Shown here: positions 21,345 through 30,997 of the stretch, piece by piece
How the letters are laid out: the number at the start of each line of letters is the position of its first letter
How positions within the stretch are numbered: the stretch's first letter is position 1
DNA from: an uncultured Nitrospiraceae bacterium
Lineage (GTDB): Bacteria; Nitrospirota; Thermodesulfovibrionia; UBA6902
Direction: 5' to 3'
Length of the DNA: 62,002 nucleotides
Assembly: GCA_964393845.1 (NCBI GenBank)
Contig: CAYMUX010000004.1
Span: 1 to 62,002, forward strand
Notes under the pieces: generated by a model
Databases searched by the model: none
Told to the model about the DNA's origin: nothing
Seen by the model: the letters and a program-made list of their open reading frames with translations, nothing else
Made by a program: the position numbers and the translations under genes

Positions 21345-21750
21345 CCCCAATGGAGGGTACTGATCACATCCTCCATCCTTGGGAGAGAGTGTAATGCGCC
21401 CTCTCTTCTCCTCTTTTTTGTAAATGAAGACTCCACCTCAGAAACACCCGTTAGCAGTTCCACTCTTTCAGGAGTATATGCCATGACTTTTTCTTTTGGC
21501 TCCTCAAAGCCCTCCGTCCTTTTCGATATGAAATCACGGTACTCCTATCCTTCTTTTAAAATGACATGAATAAGTCCGTTGAGCAATGCAATATTGCTTC
21601 CGGGTCGCAGATTGAGCCAGACATTGGAATATTAACTAGTTCAATCCTTCTGGGATCGGCAACAATCTAGCCTTGCGCCGTTCCTGAGAGCCTTTTTAAG
21701 GTGCTGGGAGACAATCGGCTGGCTACTTCGAATATGCATGCCATGTAATG
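21345..21750 (-). pseudogene. remnant of a molybdopterin oxidoreductase (formate dehydrogenase alpha-like) gene
   Basis: Minus-strand translation gives SQPIVSQHLKKALRNGARL, then IVADPRRIELV readable only in a +1 frame. It then returns to [64 protein letters not shown] with an in-frame TAG. Only about 130 codons of a normally 700+ aa protein remain. Confidence 0.55.
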
Positions 21751-22144
21751 CTAGTCCAAAGGCATTGATAATACGTACTTAATATATGTTAATTAGACCG
21801 ATTTAACTATATTATGAAAAAGCCGATAAAGATAGTTGGATATAGAAAGACCATGTGAAAAACCCTGCGGCAGAGACCACAGGAAGTTCTACGTAACTTA
21901 AAGTAGAATATAACGCATGAAACAGTAACTATCATGATCGATGCTGTTATTTTCAACCCTCACATTTTATTATTTGACAATGCATATATATAATTATATT
22001 CTTGCAATTAAGAATATGATCTAATAAATGCATTTACAACTCGATGCATGATGCTTGATGCGAGAGCCTGACATATATGAATTTTCTTTTATATAAATGT
22101 ATTAGTTAGCAAATATCGATTTATCACAAAAAGAATAAATTGCC

Positions 22145-23155
22145 ATGATAACAGAAACAAGCAAGAAAAACCCTTCTTTGCAAATCAGTTCAATTATCAA
22201 TAAATTTAATTTAATATTGAGACAGATAGCATATATTATAATTATTACAAGTGTGCTTATATCTGTCACACCCTTCTCCGCCCGTGCCGGTAATGTAACT
22301 GGCTCATCTCCTGCTGAAGGAACTACAAATCAAGAGAAAAAAACACTGCAGGGAGACATACTTCCACTTTATCATTTCGGTATTCCACCTTACCAGAAGG
22401 GCCAGACGGTTGACGAGATACGGGGATTATATCAACCAATGCTTAATTGGCTGGGAAAACAAGTCGGCTGTCATTTTGACTTCGTAGGCGGCGGATCTTA
22501 TGAAGAAATGATAAATATGGTGGTTGAGGGTAAAGTTCAGCTGGCAGGGTTAGGCCCTGTCCCGTATGTTATAGCCAAACAGAAAAACCCGAGGATCAAA
22601 CTTCTCCTGACCGAACTGCAATGGAACCCGGATAAAATGCAACTGGTCGATGCATATCATGGATATATTCTTGCCCTGAAAACGCGTAAAGATCTTAACG
22701 GCATAGATGACCTTAAAGGGAAATTATTTGCATTTGTCGACCGCCATTCAACCAGCGGGTATCAGTATCCCAATGCAGTGCTCCGGGAAAAAGGTATTAT
22801 TCCGGAAGTGTACTTCAGCAAGGTTTATTTTCTGGGAAGTCATCCGCGTGTTACTGATGCAATCGCTGCAGGCAGTATTGATGCAGGCGCTACATGGGAC
22901 TACAACTGGAACCAGGCAAAGAAAAAACACGGAGATGTATTTAAGGTCCTTTATGAAACACCGCCGATTCCAAATCTGACGATTGTATCGCATCCTTCGC
23001 TGCCGGCGGAAATAGCGGACAAAATCAGAGAGGTATTGCCGACGATCAATCCGGCCCTGTTGAAGGGGCTGCCCACTGCGGGCTTTGTTGTCCGGCCCGA
23101 CAGCTTTTACGATGAAATGCGTTTATTGATAGAAGAGGAAAGTAAGACAAAATAA
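22145..23155 (+). CDS. PhnD-like periplasmic substrate-binding protein
   Basis: 336 aa with an N-terminal hydrophobic anchor. YHFGIPPYQ...STSGYQYP...THP fits the PhnD-type pattern. It lies directly upstream of a histidine kinase. Confidence 0.8.
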   Translation: MITETSKKNPSLQISSIINKFNLILRQIAYIIIITSVLISVTPFSARAGNVTGSSPAEGTTNQEKKTLQGDILPLYHFGIPPYQKGQTVDEIRGLYQPMLNWLGKQVGCHFDFVGGGSYEEMINMVVEGKVQLAGLGPVPYVIAKQKNPRIKLLLTELQWNPDKMQLVDAYHGYILALKTRKDLNGIDDLKGKLFAFVDRHSTSGYQYPNAVLREKGIIPEVYFSKVYFLGSHPRVTDAIAAGSIDAGATWDYNWNQAKKKHGDVFKVLYETPPIPNLTIVSHPSLPAEIADKIREVLPTINPALLKGLPTAGFVVRPDSFYDEMRLLIEEESKTK

Positions 23156-23205
23156 AACTTCAGCAGGGCAATTATTTATTTAAAGCCTCTATCTGGATAA
23201 ACTCA

Positions 23206-26091
23206 ATGTTAAATACTAAAATCAGATTATTTATACCAACATTATTTATGCTGGCACTTTTCATCGCCGGTATCAGTCATGTTTCTTATCTGCAATATAC
23301 TTCATTCCAGCAACAGGCGGATACCCTTACGAAGAAACATAAAAACGCCTTGATAAACCTCCTTGATACTCAACAGAAAAAAAATCACAGCTTAATAAGA
23401 GCATTGAGTAACAACTGGAATTTCATTGACGGCGTCACCATACGTAATATCGACAAGCTGCTGGATGAAATTATTCCCTATCATGACTTTATGAATTTCG
23501 ACGTTGTTAATATATATGATTTAAACGGGATTACCATGGCAAGGGCGGATACTCCCGGCATATTCGGAAAATCAGATGAGTTGTATCCCTTGGTGATGGA
23601 AACGGCAAGCAGTCCGGTTAATCGTCCGACTGCAGCCATTTACAATGGTAAATTATTACTACTTTCGCTGAAGCGGCTGGAGGGCAACTATGGACCAATC
23701 GGTGTGTTGACTGTCGGGAAATATCTGGATCAGAAAATGGCAGACGACTTTGCAAGGGAGCACCAGTTAACACTTAAGATTTACTTTGGCGATCAGGAGG
23801 TTTTATCTTCAATAAAAAATAGAGAGACCGCCATGATCGAAACAAAGCGGAAGACATTGATAAGGTTTTCCGATCAGATCGTTGGAACAGCTCCCCTGAA
23901 GGGGGAACTGATAGAGGATATTTCCGGAGCCGAAGAGGACTTCTGGACAAATTTTATTGTCCTGATCGTGGGGATTTCGATAGTAAGTCTGGCTATTATT
24001 TATGCATCAAGGCGGATTATTGTGTCAACGGCTGATTCCCTGGATAAAGCCCGGGCGCTGGCGGAAAAGAGGACGTCCGAACTCAAGGTGGCTTATGATG
24101 AGATTGAACACAGAGTTGAGGAGCGCACCTCCGAACTTAAGAATGCGAACATAAAGCTTGAGGGGGAAATCGTCGTGCGCAAGAAGGCTGAGTCGGCACT
24201 AACGGAATCTCATGAAAGACTCCTGACGGTGTTGAACAGTCTGGATGCCATTGTTTACGTTGCAGACATCACAACACATGAAATCCTGTTTATTAACAAG
24301 TATACGAAGGACATTTTTGGTGATATAGAAGGGAAAATTTGCTGGCAGGCCCTTCAATCAGGCCAATCCGGGCCTTGCAGTTTTTGCTCCAATGATAAAC
24401 TGCTTACCTCCGAGGGTAGACCGGCAGGCACATACCGTTGGGAGTTCCAGAATACAATCAGCCATAGATGGTATTACATCCAGGACAGGGCAATTCACTG
24501 GATGGACGGCCGTATTGTGCGAATGGAGATCGCCACAGACATCACCGAGCGCATGCAGGCCGAAAGATTCATTAAAGACATTCTCGAAAGTGTTGGAGAA
24601 GGATTTATTGTTATAGATAAAGACTTCAGGATCCTCTCCGCAAACAAATCTTTTTGTAAACAGGTCAATCTGCCCGTTGAGGATACTATAGGCAAGCAAT
24701 GTTATGAGGTTTCACATCATATAAACAGTCCCTGTTATGAAGCTGGTGAGCATTGCCCGGTAAAACTTACTTTTGAAACAGGTAAGCCTCACGAAGTCAT
24801 TCATACCCACTATGATAAAGACAACAAACCTGTTAATGTCGAAATAAAATCATACGCCATGAAAGATGAATCCGGAGAAATTATTTCCGTCATAGAGACC
24901 ATTAATGATATATCAGAGAAAATGAAGCTTGAATCACAACTCCGCCATGCCCAGAAAATGGAGGCAGTAGGACATCTTGCAGGAGGAGTTGCCCATGACT
25001 TTAACAATATCCTCACAGCGATAGTAGGATACGGGTATCTCCTGAAAATGAAAATGAAGGAGGAAGATCCCTTATCGTATAACGTTGATCAAATACTTGC
25101 TTCGGTTGAAAGGGGGGCCGGTCTGACGCAAAGCCTCCTCGCCTTCAGCAGAAAACAGGTAATGAACCCGAAACCGGCAAACTTAAACAAAGTAATTGAG
25201 AGTGTGTATAAATTATTGAAGAGGCTTGTCAGTGAGGACATAGAGCTTAAAACAGTGCTGGCAAAAGAAGATGTTACCATCATGGCCGACAGCGGGCAGA
25301 TAGAGCAGGTCCTGATGAATCTTGTAACAAATGCGCGGGATGCAATGCCTCACGGAGGAACAGTAAGTATCGAAACGAAACGCATCGAACTGGATGATGA
25401 ATTTATAAAAAGCCACGGGTTTGGAACTCCGGGCATATATGCCCTTATTACGATTTGCGATACTGGAATCGGCATGGACAAAGAGACAAAGGAAAAAATA
25501 TTTGAACCCTTTTTTACAACAAAAGAGATGGGTAAAGGAACAGGTTTAGGACTTGCCATTGTCTTTGGAATAATAAAGCAGCACAATGGATATATAAACG
25601 TCTACAGCGAACCGGGACAAGGCACAACCTTTAGGATATATCTGCCTGTGATTCAGTCTGGGGTTAAAGACATAAAACCAGAAGAACAGTTAACTCCGCC
25701 TGGTGGAAAAGAAACGATACTGTTGGCGGAAGATGACGAACCGGCAAGAAAACTCACAAAGATAGTGCTTGAGGAATTCGGCTACACAGTGATAGAGTCA
25801 GTGGATGGAGAAGATGCGGTAGAGAAATACATGGAAAACAGGAATCTGATCCGACTACTTATTCTTGATATCATAATGCCTAAAAAAGACGGTAAAAAGG
25901 CTTACGAAGAAATCAGAAAGATAAGCCCCGATATAAAAGCCCTGTTTACAAGTGGATATACCGCTGACATTATCAATCAGAAAGGAATCTTCAAAGAGAG
26001 ATTGAACTTTATATCAAAACCTGTCACGCCACAGGATCTTTTGAGAAAAGTAAGGGAAATACTGGATGCTGAACAGGAGATCGACAAGTAA
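23206..26091 (+). CDS. hybrid sensor histidine kinase (periplasmic domain - PAS x2 - HisKA - HATPase - REC)
   Basis: 961 aa with H-box HLAGGVAHDFNNILTAI, N/G boxes (NLVTNARDA, DTGIGM, GTGLGLA) and a C-terminal receiver (LLAEDDE...DIIMP...K). Confidence 0.9.
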   Translation: MLNTKIRLFIPTLFMLALFIAGISHVSYLQYTSFQQQADTLTKKHKNALINLLDTQQKKNHSLIRALSNNWNFIDGVTIRNIDKLLDEIIPYHDFMNFDVVNIYDLNGITMARADTPGIFGKSDELYPLVMETASSPVNRPTAAIYNGKLLLLSLKRLEGNYGPIGVLTVGKYLDQKMADDFAREHQLTLKIYFGDQEVLSSIKNRETAMIETKRKTLIRFSDQIVGTAPLKGELIEDISGAEEDFWTNFIVLIVGISIVSLAIIYASRRIIVSTADSLDKARALAEKRTSELKVAYDEIEHRVEERTSELKNANIKLEGEIVVRKKAESALTESHERLLTVLNSLDAIVYVADITTHEILFINKYTKDIFGDIEGKICWQALQSGQSGPCSFCSNDKLLTSEGRPAGTYRWEFQNTISHRWYYIQDRAIHWMDGRIVRMEIATDITERMQAERFIKDILESVGEGFIVIDKDFRILSANKSFCKQVNLPVEDTIGKQCYEVSHHINSPCYEAGEHCPVKLTFETGKPHEVIHTHYDKDNKPVNVEIKSYAMKDESGEIISVIETINDISEKMKLESQLRHAQKMEAVGHLAGGVAHDFNNILTAIVGYGYLLKMKMKEEDPLSYNVDQILASVERGAGLTQSLLAFSRKQVMNPKPANLNKVIESVYKLLKRLVSEDIELKTVLAKEDVTIMADSGQIEQVLMNLVTNARDAMPHGGTVSIETKRIELDDEFIKSHGFGTPGIYALITICDTGIGMDKETKEKIFEPFFTTKEMGKGTGLGLAIVFGIIKQHNGYINVYSEPGQGTTFRIYLPVIQSGVKDIKPEEQLTPPGGKETILLAEDDEPARKLTKIVLEEFGYTVIESVDGEDAVEKYMENRNLIRLLILDIIMPKKDGKKAYEEIRKISPDIKALFTSGYTADIINQKGIFKERLNFISKPVTPQDLLRKVREILDAEQEIDK

Positions 26092-26214
26092 AATTAATCG
26101 GGTTAATTCATTCCCGTGAAATAGGCTCCTGCAATATCATAATTTATTCTATGTTTTATTTAATCCCGTTTTCTGTTATATTTGATTTGTGCTTGTTAAA
26201 AAGGTCATTCGGCA

Positions 26215-26916
26215 ATGTCTAACATTATCAATCAGAAAACAGCTTCCTGCTGTTTTATATTATTTATAATATTTTCTCCTGTCATCTTATTTGCAGGTCC
26301 TCAGAATAATCATACAGACTACGACAAATATATTGAGCTTCTTAAACAGGAAATAAAAAAGCATCCTGAAAACACTGAAGCTTATTATCGTCTCGGTGTT
26401 GCCTTTGATGAGTTAGGCAGGTATGAAGAGGCCATAGAGGCTTATAAGAATGTGCTGAAAATCAATCCCCGGGATATTTATTCCAGCTATAACCTTGGCG
26501 TCGCATATGGAAAGTTAGGAATGTATAAAGAGGCAATCGAAGCTTATAAAAATGAAATTAATATTAACCCGAAGGAACCGGACGCATATTATAATTTAGG
26601 CCTTGCATATGGAAAATTGGAAATGCATAAAGAAGCAGCAGAGGCGTATGAGAATGCTATTAAAATAAATCCGCTCGATGCAGATGTATTTCTCAATCTC
26701 GGTATAGCTTATGGAGAATTGGGCAGGCATAAAGAAGCGATAGAGACGTTTAAAAAAGTTTTAGAGCGTACTCCTGATGCTGCAAACGCTCATTATAATA
26801 TTGCGGTTTCCTATCTGAGATTAAAAGACAGAGAGTCAGCCTTAAAGGAATATGAGATTTTAAAAGGCTTAGACCCTCAAATCGCAGGAAGACTGCTGAA
26901 TGAAATTAATAATTAA
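26215..26916 (+). CDS. TPR repeat protein, secreted
   Basis: 233 aa with about six 34-aa repeats of the form EAxxxYxxALxINPxxxxAYYNLGxAYxxLGxxxEA. Confidence 0.85.
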   Translation: MSNIINQKTASCCFILFIIFSPVILFAGPQNNHTDYDKYIELLKQEIKKHPENTEAYYRLGVAFDELGRYEEAIEAYKNVLKINPRDIYSSYNLGVAYGKLGMYKEAIEAYKNEININPKEPDAYYNLGLAYGKLEMHKEAAEAYENAIKINPLDADVFLNLGIAYGELGRHKEAIETFKKVLERTPDAANAHYNIAVSYLRLKDRESALKEYEILKGLDPQIAGRLLNEINN

Positions 26917-26976
26917 TCAAAAGAATTCCCCGAAGCTCTGCGGCGGGGTAGTTCAATTTGCACTGGCATAAATTCC

Positions 26977-27642
26977 TCAAGCAGCCTTTTTGATCTTTTC
27001 TTCAAAGCCAAGCGCTTTAACAGGACAAGCAACCACACAGGACGAACATTTGATACAGTCTCCGTCAGTCATCATACCTGATTTATTATCGTAGGGTTTC
27101 AACTGCATCGGGCAGACCTTCGCGCAGAGTTTGCAGTCTTTGCAATGCTCGCTGACATAAAGAGGCTTTTTGCCCTTTGACAGCCAGCTTCCCAGAGTCC
27201 CCATGGGACAGATTTGACACCAGGCCCTGGGTTTAAAAAACGCTCCCAAAACAATACCTACGGTAGTAGTTACAGTTAATACTAAAACAAACGCGCGGCC
27301 TATGCCGTATGAATCGCCCCAGGCATAATAGATCTGAATTCCAAGCACCGTAATAAGCAGGGACAGAATAACCGTTCTGAAGCTATTGCTCTTAAAAAAA
27401 GAAGGTATCGGCATTTTCCGGCTGAGCTTTTCAAGAGACAGATCATAGAAACTGCCTCGCGGGCACATCCAGTCACACCAGGCCCTTCCTTTATAAAAGG
27501 CTATGCCTATTGCCCCGAACATACAGATCAGAAGTGAAAAACCGAGAGGCGGATAAAGCCATCCACCGATGAGCACCAGCGGCAATATACCGGAGGTATA
27601 TTTCTGAAGTCTCATCCTCTTTTTATTAAATTGCTTTAACAT
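26977..27642 (-). CDS. membrane-bound 4Fe-4S ferredoxin-type protein (NapH/MauN-like)
   Basis: 221 aa with TM helices. It has CPRG and CPMG motifs and two CxxCxxCxxxCP clusters (CKDCKLCAKVCP, CIKCSSCVVACP). Confidence 0.7.
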   Translation of the reverse strand: MLKQFNKKRMRLQKYTSGILPLVLIGGWLYPPLGFSLLICMFGAIGIAFYKGRAWCDWMCPRGSFYDLSLEKLSRKMPIPSFFKSNSFRTVILSLLITVLGIQIYYAWGDSYGIGRAFVLVLTVTTTVGIVLGAFFKPRAWCQICPMGTLGSWLSKGKKPLYVSEHCKDCKLCAKVCPMQLKPYDNKSGMMTDGDCIKCSSCVVACPVKALGFEEKIKKAA

Positions 27643-28042
27643 CCCTGATCCTCCCCTGTTTCCATTTCATAAAAGACCGCAGAGTTTTCATGTCGCATCT
27701 TCCGACTTTCTTCTGAAACTCAGAGCATTCTTTCAAAGTCGCAAGGTCGTCTTTATATCTCGCATCGTATTTGAGATATCCGATCAATAAATCAAGAGCG
27801 GCCTTTCTGTCGTTTAAAAGGTCTTTTCTTATACTGTAAAATCTGTGCTTGCCTTCCCTTCTTTCTTCAAGAAAGCCACCCCTGTAAAGAAGAGACAGGT
27901 TCCTTGAGACAAGCGGTTGCGATGCGCCGGTGATGCCCATGAGCTGGCAAACGTTCAGTTCCTTTTTATCAAGGAGCATCAATATCCTTATCCTCCGCTC
28001 GTCCGATAAAAGCTTAAAAATTTCTATCATGGTTTTCATCAT
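27626..28042 (-). CDS. ArsR/SmtB family transcriptional regulator
   Basis: 138 aa. FKLLSDERRIRILMLL...ELNVCQL...GASQPLVSRNLSLL is a winged-HTH signature. It overlaps the downstream ferredoxin-type gene by 17 nt. Confidence 0.85.
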   Translation of the reverse strand: MMKTMIEIFKLLSDERRIRILMLLDKKELNVCQLMGITGASQPLVSRNLSLLYRGGFLEERREGKHRFYSIRKDLLNDRKAALDLLIGYLKYDARYKDDLATLKECSEFQKKVGRCDMKTLRSFMKWKQGRIRDVKAI

Positions 28043-28072
28043 ATTTGAATATTCTTACAATTCGTTCCATAT

Positions 28073-28100
28073 AATCATATAAACATTTGTTTATATGATT
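28073..28100. promoter_or_regulatory. 13-2-13 perfect inverted repeat, candidate ArsR/SmtB operator
   Basis: aatcatataaaca-tt-tgtttatatgatt lies 31 nt upstream of the ArsR start codon. Confidence 0.55.
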
Positions 28101-28270
28101 TGTCAAGAAGAACATTCAAGACACTATTTCATGTTAAGATGTTCTTCACCCTACCCCACGCAAAAGGACTTCCTTCTTCCCACAGGCCCACTCGCTGATT
28201 ATAATTCTCTGTATTGTCTTATAAAAATTATGCGATATAATGTAATTATCAGGTAGAAGGAGGTTGATGC

Positions 28271-28383
28271 ATGAGTAAATCGAGACAGATCAAAAAAGTT
28301 ATCAAAGGCAAACCCACCATCGAAGGCGCGGGGGTGCATCCGAGGAGTACAGGAACGGCACGTTCATCAAGTACGGGAAGTGA
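28271..28383 (+). pseudogene. possible pirin-family gene remnant with large internal deletion
   Basis: GAAGGAGG SD plus ATG. MSKSRQIKKVIKGKPTIEGAGVHP resembles a pirin N-terminus. A second frame then reads ...EEYRNGTFIKYGK* and ends at 28383. Only about 37 codons remain in total. Confidence 0.35.
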
Positions 28384-28495
28384 CATGAACGGATTGATTG
28401 GTCGGTCAATCCGGATTAACCGAGGGAAAACGCCCTGTTATTTTGTATAATACAATCTACTCAAATCTCTTAATGATAATTAAAAGGAGGAAATA

Positions 28496-28918
28496 ATGTA
28501 TTACAGGATCACAACTATTTTAACTGCCATCTTAGTGCTGTTCTTTGTCCGGACCGTATCAGCCGGTATGGATATGAAGGACGGCCTGTGGGAAATAACA
28601 ACAAAGATGGAAATGCCGGGAATGCCTATGGAAATACCTGCTGTTAAACATACCCAGTGTCTTACCAGCAAGAACAACGTACCTCAGGATAGTGAGACGG
28701 ACAAGGAACATGCTCAGGACTGCAAGATCAAAAACACCGATGTAAAAGGCAATACGGTAACCTGGGAAGTGCATTGCATCAGCGAAGGTAAACCAGTGAA
28801 AAGCATCGGCAAAGTTACCTATAAAGGCGACACGTTCGAAGGGGAAACAAAGATGGAGATGGAAAGCATGAATATGACACAACATATGAGCGGCCGGCGT
28901 ATTGGTAACTGCAAGTAG
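28496..28918 (+). CDS. DUF3617-like secreted protein
   Basis: 140 aa with a signal peptide. It has DGLWEITTKMEMPGMP...QCLT...CKI...VTWEVHC...G.VTYKGDTFEGE...RRIGNC. Confidence 0.7.
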   Translation: MYYRITTILTAILVLFFVRTVSAGMDMKDGLWEITTKMEMPGMPMEIPAVKHTQCLTSKNNVPQDSETDKEHAQDCKIKNTDVKGNTVTWEVHCISEGKPVKSIGKVTYKGDTFEGETKMEMESMNMTQHMSGRRIGNCK

Positions 28919-28987
28919 GCTTTTAATACAGAGCAGAGCCTAGTGCGGAAGTCCAGTAAAACTTAACTGAGCTATGGCGCTTTGGAG

Positions 28988-29224
28988 CTATGCGCCGGGT
29001 TTATAGACAAAAACCTGGTTGCATTTATCGCAGAAGTTCGCCTTGTCTTCATTTAATCTGGCGTCTTTGAAATATTCGACATCTATAAGTTTTATTTGCC
29101 TTTGCTCTTTTGTCTTATCACATGAGTGATCAATAATATCTTTCTCACATTTGATGTAGGTGTAATTATTATCAGGATTAGACAGCAATGCAATTATTTC
29201 CATTTCTCTTTCATATTCATCCAT
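28988..29224 (-). CDS. hypothetical 78-aa Cys-containing protein
   Basis: GGAGG lies 8 nt before the ATG at 29224. The track start at 29239 is a TTG inside the SD region. The product is MDEYEREMEIIALLSNPDNNYTYIKCEKD...CDKCNQVFVYKPGA. Confidence 0.45.
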   Translation of the reverse strand: MDEYEREMEIIALLSNPDNNYTYIKCEKDIIDHSCDKTKEQRQIKLIDVEYFKDARLNEDKANFCDKCNQVFVYKPGA

Positions 29225-29340
29225 AGTGACCGCCTCCAAAAAAGTTGTCTTGAAATTTTTCTTAGTATATCATTATTTTCATATAGACGGATACGCTTTA
29301 CATGATTCTTTTCTGAAGTATTCCGGGTTAATATATTACT

Positions 29341-30366
29341 ATGAGAAAAGAAATGACTATTGAAGATTTCATAAAAGGTATTCCCAAGGCTGAACTGCAT
29401 CTCCATATCGAGGGCACTTTTGAGCCTGAATTAATGTTTAAAATTGCCATGAGGAATAATGTCCTGATCAAGTATAAATCAGTAGAAGAGATCAGAGAGG
29501 CTTACAGATTCAGTAATCTTCAGGACTTCCTTGATATTTATTATGAAGGGGCCGGCATCTTGACCGAAGAAGAGGACTTTTATGAACTGACGATGGCATA
29601 TCTTAAAAAAGCCGCTTCACAAAACGTCCTTCACAGTGAAATATTCTTTGACCCGCAAACTCACACCGGGCGGGGAATCAAGTTTTCAACTGTAATAAAT
29701 AGTATTCACAAAGCCCTTGCAGAAGCTGAGGAAAAGTTTGGCATATCAACAGGATTGATAATGTGCTTTCTTAGAGACCTTGATGAGTCCGCTGCAATAA
29801 AGACACTTGAAGAGGCGCTCCCTTATAGAAACCGGATCATAGCCGTGGGATTGGATTCTGCGGAGACCGGCAATCCTCCTTCAAAATTTCAGGATGTCTT
29901 TACCAAGGCACGGGAAGCAGGATTCCTGACAGTGGCACACGGAGGCGAAGAAGGTCCTGCGGAATATGTCCGGGAAGCATTGGAACTGCTGAAGGTATCC
30001 CGGATAGACCATGGTAATCACTGTCTTGATGACGATAAACTAACTGAAGAACTGATACGCCGTAAAATACCTCTGACGGTCTGCCCTCTCTCAAACCTCA
30101 GGCTGAAAGTAATAGACCGTTTGGAAGAGCATCCTTTACGGAGAATGATGGAACGCGGGCTTGTAGTCACTGTAAATTCCGATGATCCGGCTTACTTTGG
30201 CGGCTATGTCAATGAAAATTATTTAGCAATAACTAAAGCACTCAATTTAACTGCGGATGATATATATAAGCTTGCGATGAATTCATTCGAGGCCTCTTTT
30301 CTCGAAAAAAGCATAAAAGATAAAATGCTCGCCCGGGTGCGTGAATATAAGAAAATGTATGAATAA
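29341..30366 (+). CDS. add: adenosine/adenine deaminase family protein
   Basis: 341 aa with KAELHLHIEGT, HGGE and SDDPAYFG motifs of the adenosine deaminase fold. Confidence 0.9.
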   Translation: MRKEMTIEDFIKGIPKAELHLHIEGTFEPELMFKIAMRNNVLIKYKSVEEIREAYRFSNLQDFLDIYYEGAGILTEEEDFYELTMAYLKKAASQNVLHSEIFFDPQTHTGRGIKFSTVINSIHKALAEAEEKFGISTGLIMCFLRDLDESAAIKTLEEALPYRNRIIAVGLDSAETGNPPSKFQDVFTKAREAGFLTVAHGGEEGPAEYVREALELLKVSRIDHGNHCLDDDKLTEELIRRKIPLTVCPLSNLRLKVIDRLEEHPLRRMMERGLVVTVNSDDPAYFGGYVNENYLAITKALNLTADDIYKLAMNSFEASFLEKSIKDKMLARVREYKKMYE

Positions 30367-30744
30367 GAAAAGAAGGACATGACGCAAGAAATATTACCCT
30401 TGTATTTCCCCTGATTTTTCAGCAGTTATCCCATTAAAACAGGCTGTTCGCATGACTCTGAAGGGTGTTATCCTGCATATAAAAAGAGTTATAATAAATT
30501 AAGAGATAAACTTGCGATCCCCTGGTGTAGATTAAGCCTGAGAACCAAGCAAATTGAGTCAGGGAGCGGGAGTTGGATGTGGTGAGCGGTTCCACGAAGT
30601 TAAGGAGGAAACGCCTAAAGCATCTATCGAAGCACCCCGTGTTCAAGAGTCTAATCACCTGGGGGCATCGCACACTACGTATAGAGCCATCTGAAGGCAA
30701 AGTGTCACGCTGTGTTAGTGGTGACAGATTGTTGGACTTGCAGT

Positions 30745-30847
30745 TATAGTAACGGCAATAAATAACTTAAGTTAAAATATGATATTTCCTTTATATTACA
30801 GCTAATTAAATGCTTAAGATGTATTTTAATTTAATGCCGTTACTATA
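30745..30847. repeat. 103-bp AT-rich element bounded by 13-bp perfect inverted repeats (MITE-like or large hairpin)
   Basis: tatagtaacggca at 30745..30757 pairs with tgccgttactata at 30835..30847. GCAG occurs next to both ends. A further 9-bp inverted pair, agccatctg (30686) with cagatggct (30904), nests around it. Confidence 0.3.
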
Positions 30848-30997
30848 GCAGATGTGTCCAAGGAAGCTGGCCTGAAGATGACTCTATTTTTATCTGTTTT
30901 TAGCAGATGGCTGTAAGAGGTGATATACTTTAAACAAATATGACCGGTTAAACCCATTAAGATAATAAACCATCTCATGTATTAAAACGGATAAATA

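Noticed and set aside
30434-30700. An 88-aa minus-strand ORF in the add/DUF362 gap.
   Set aside because: It has no SD, an odd composition and no neighbouring gene context. The region is better explained as structured non-coding DNA or RNA.
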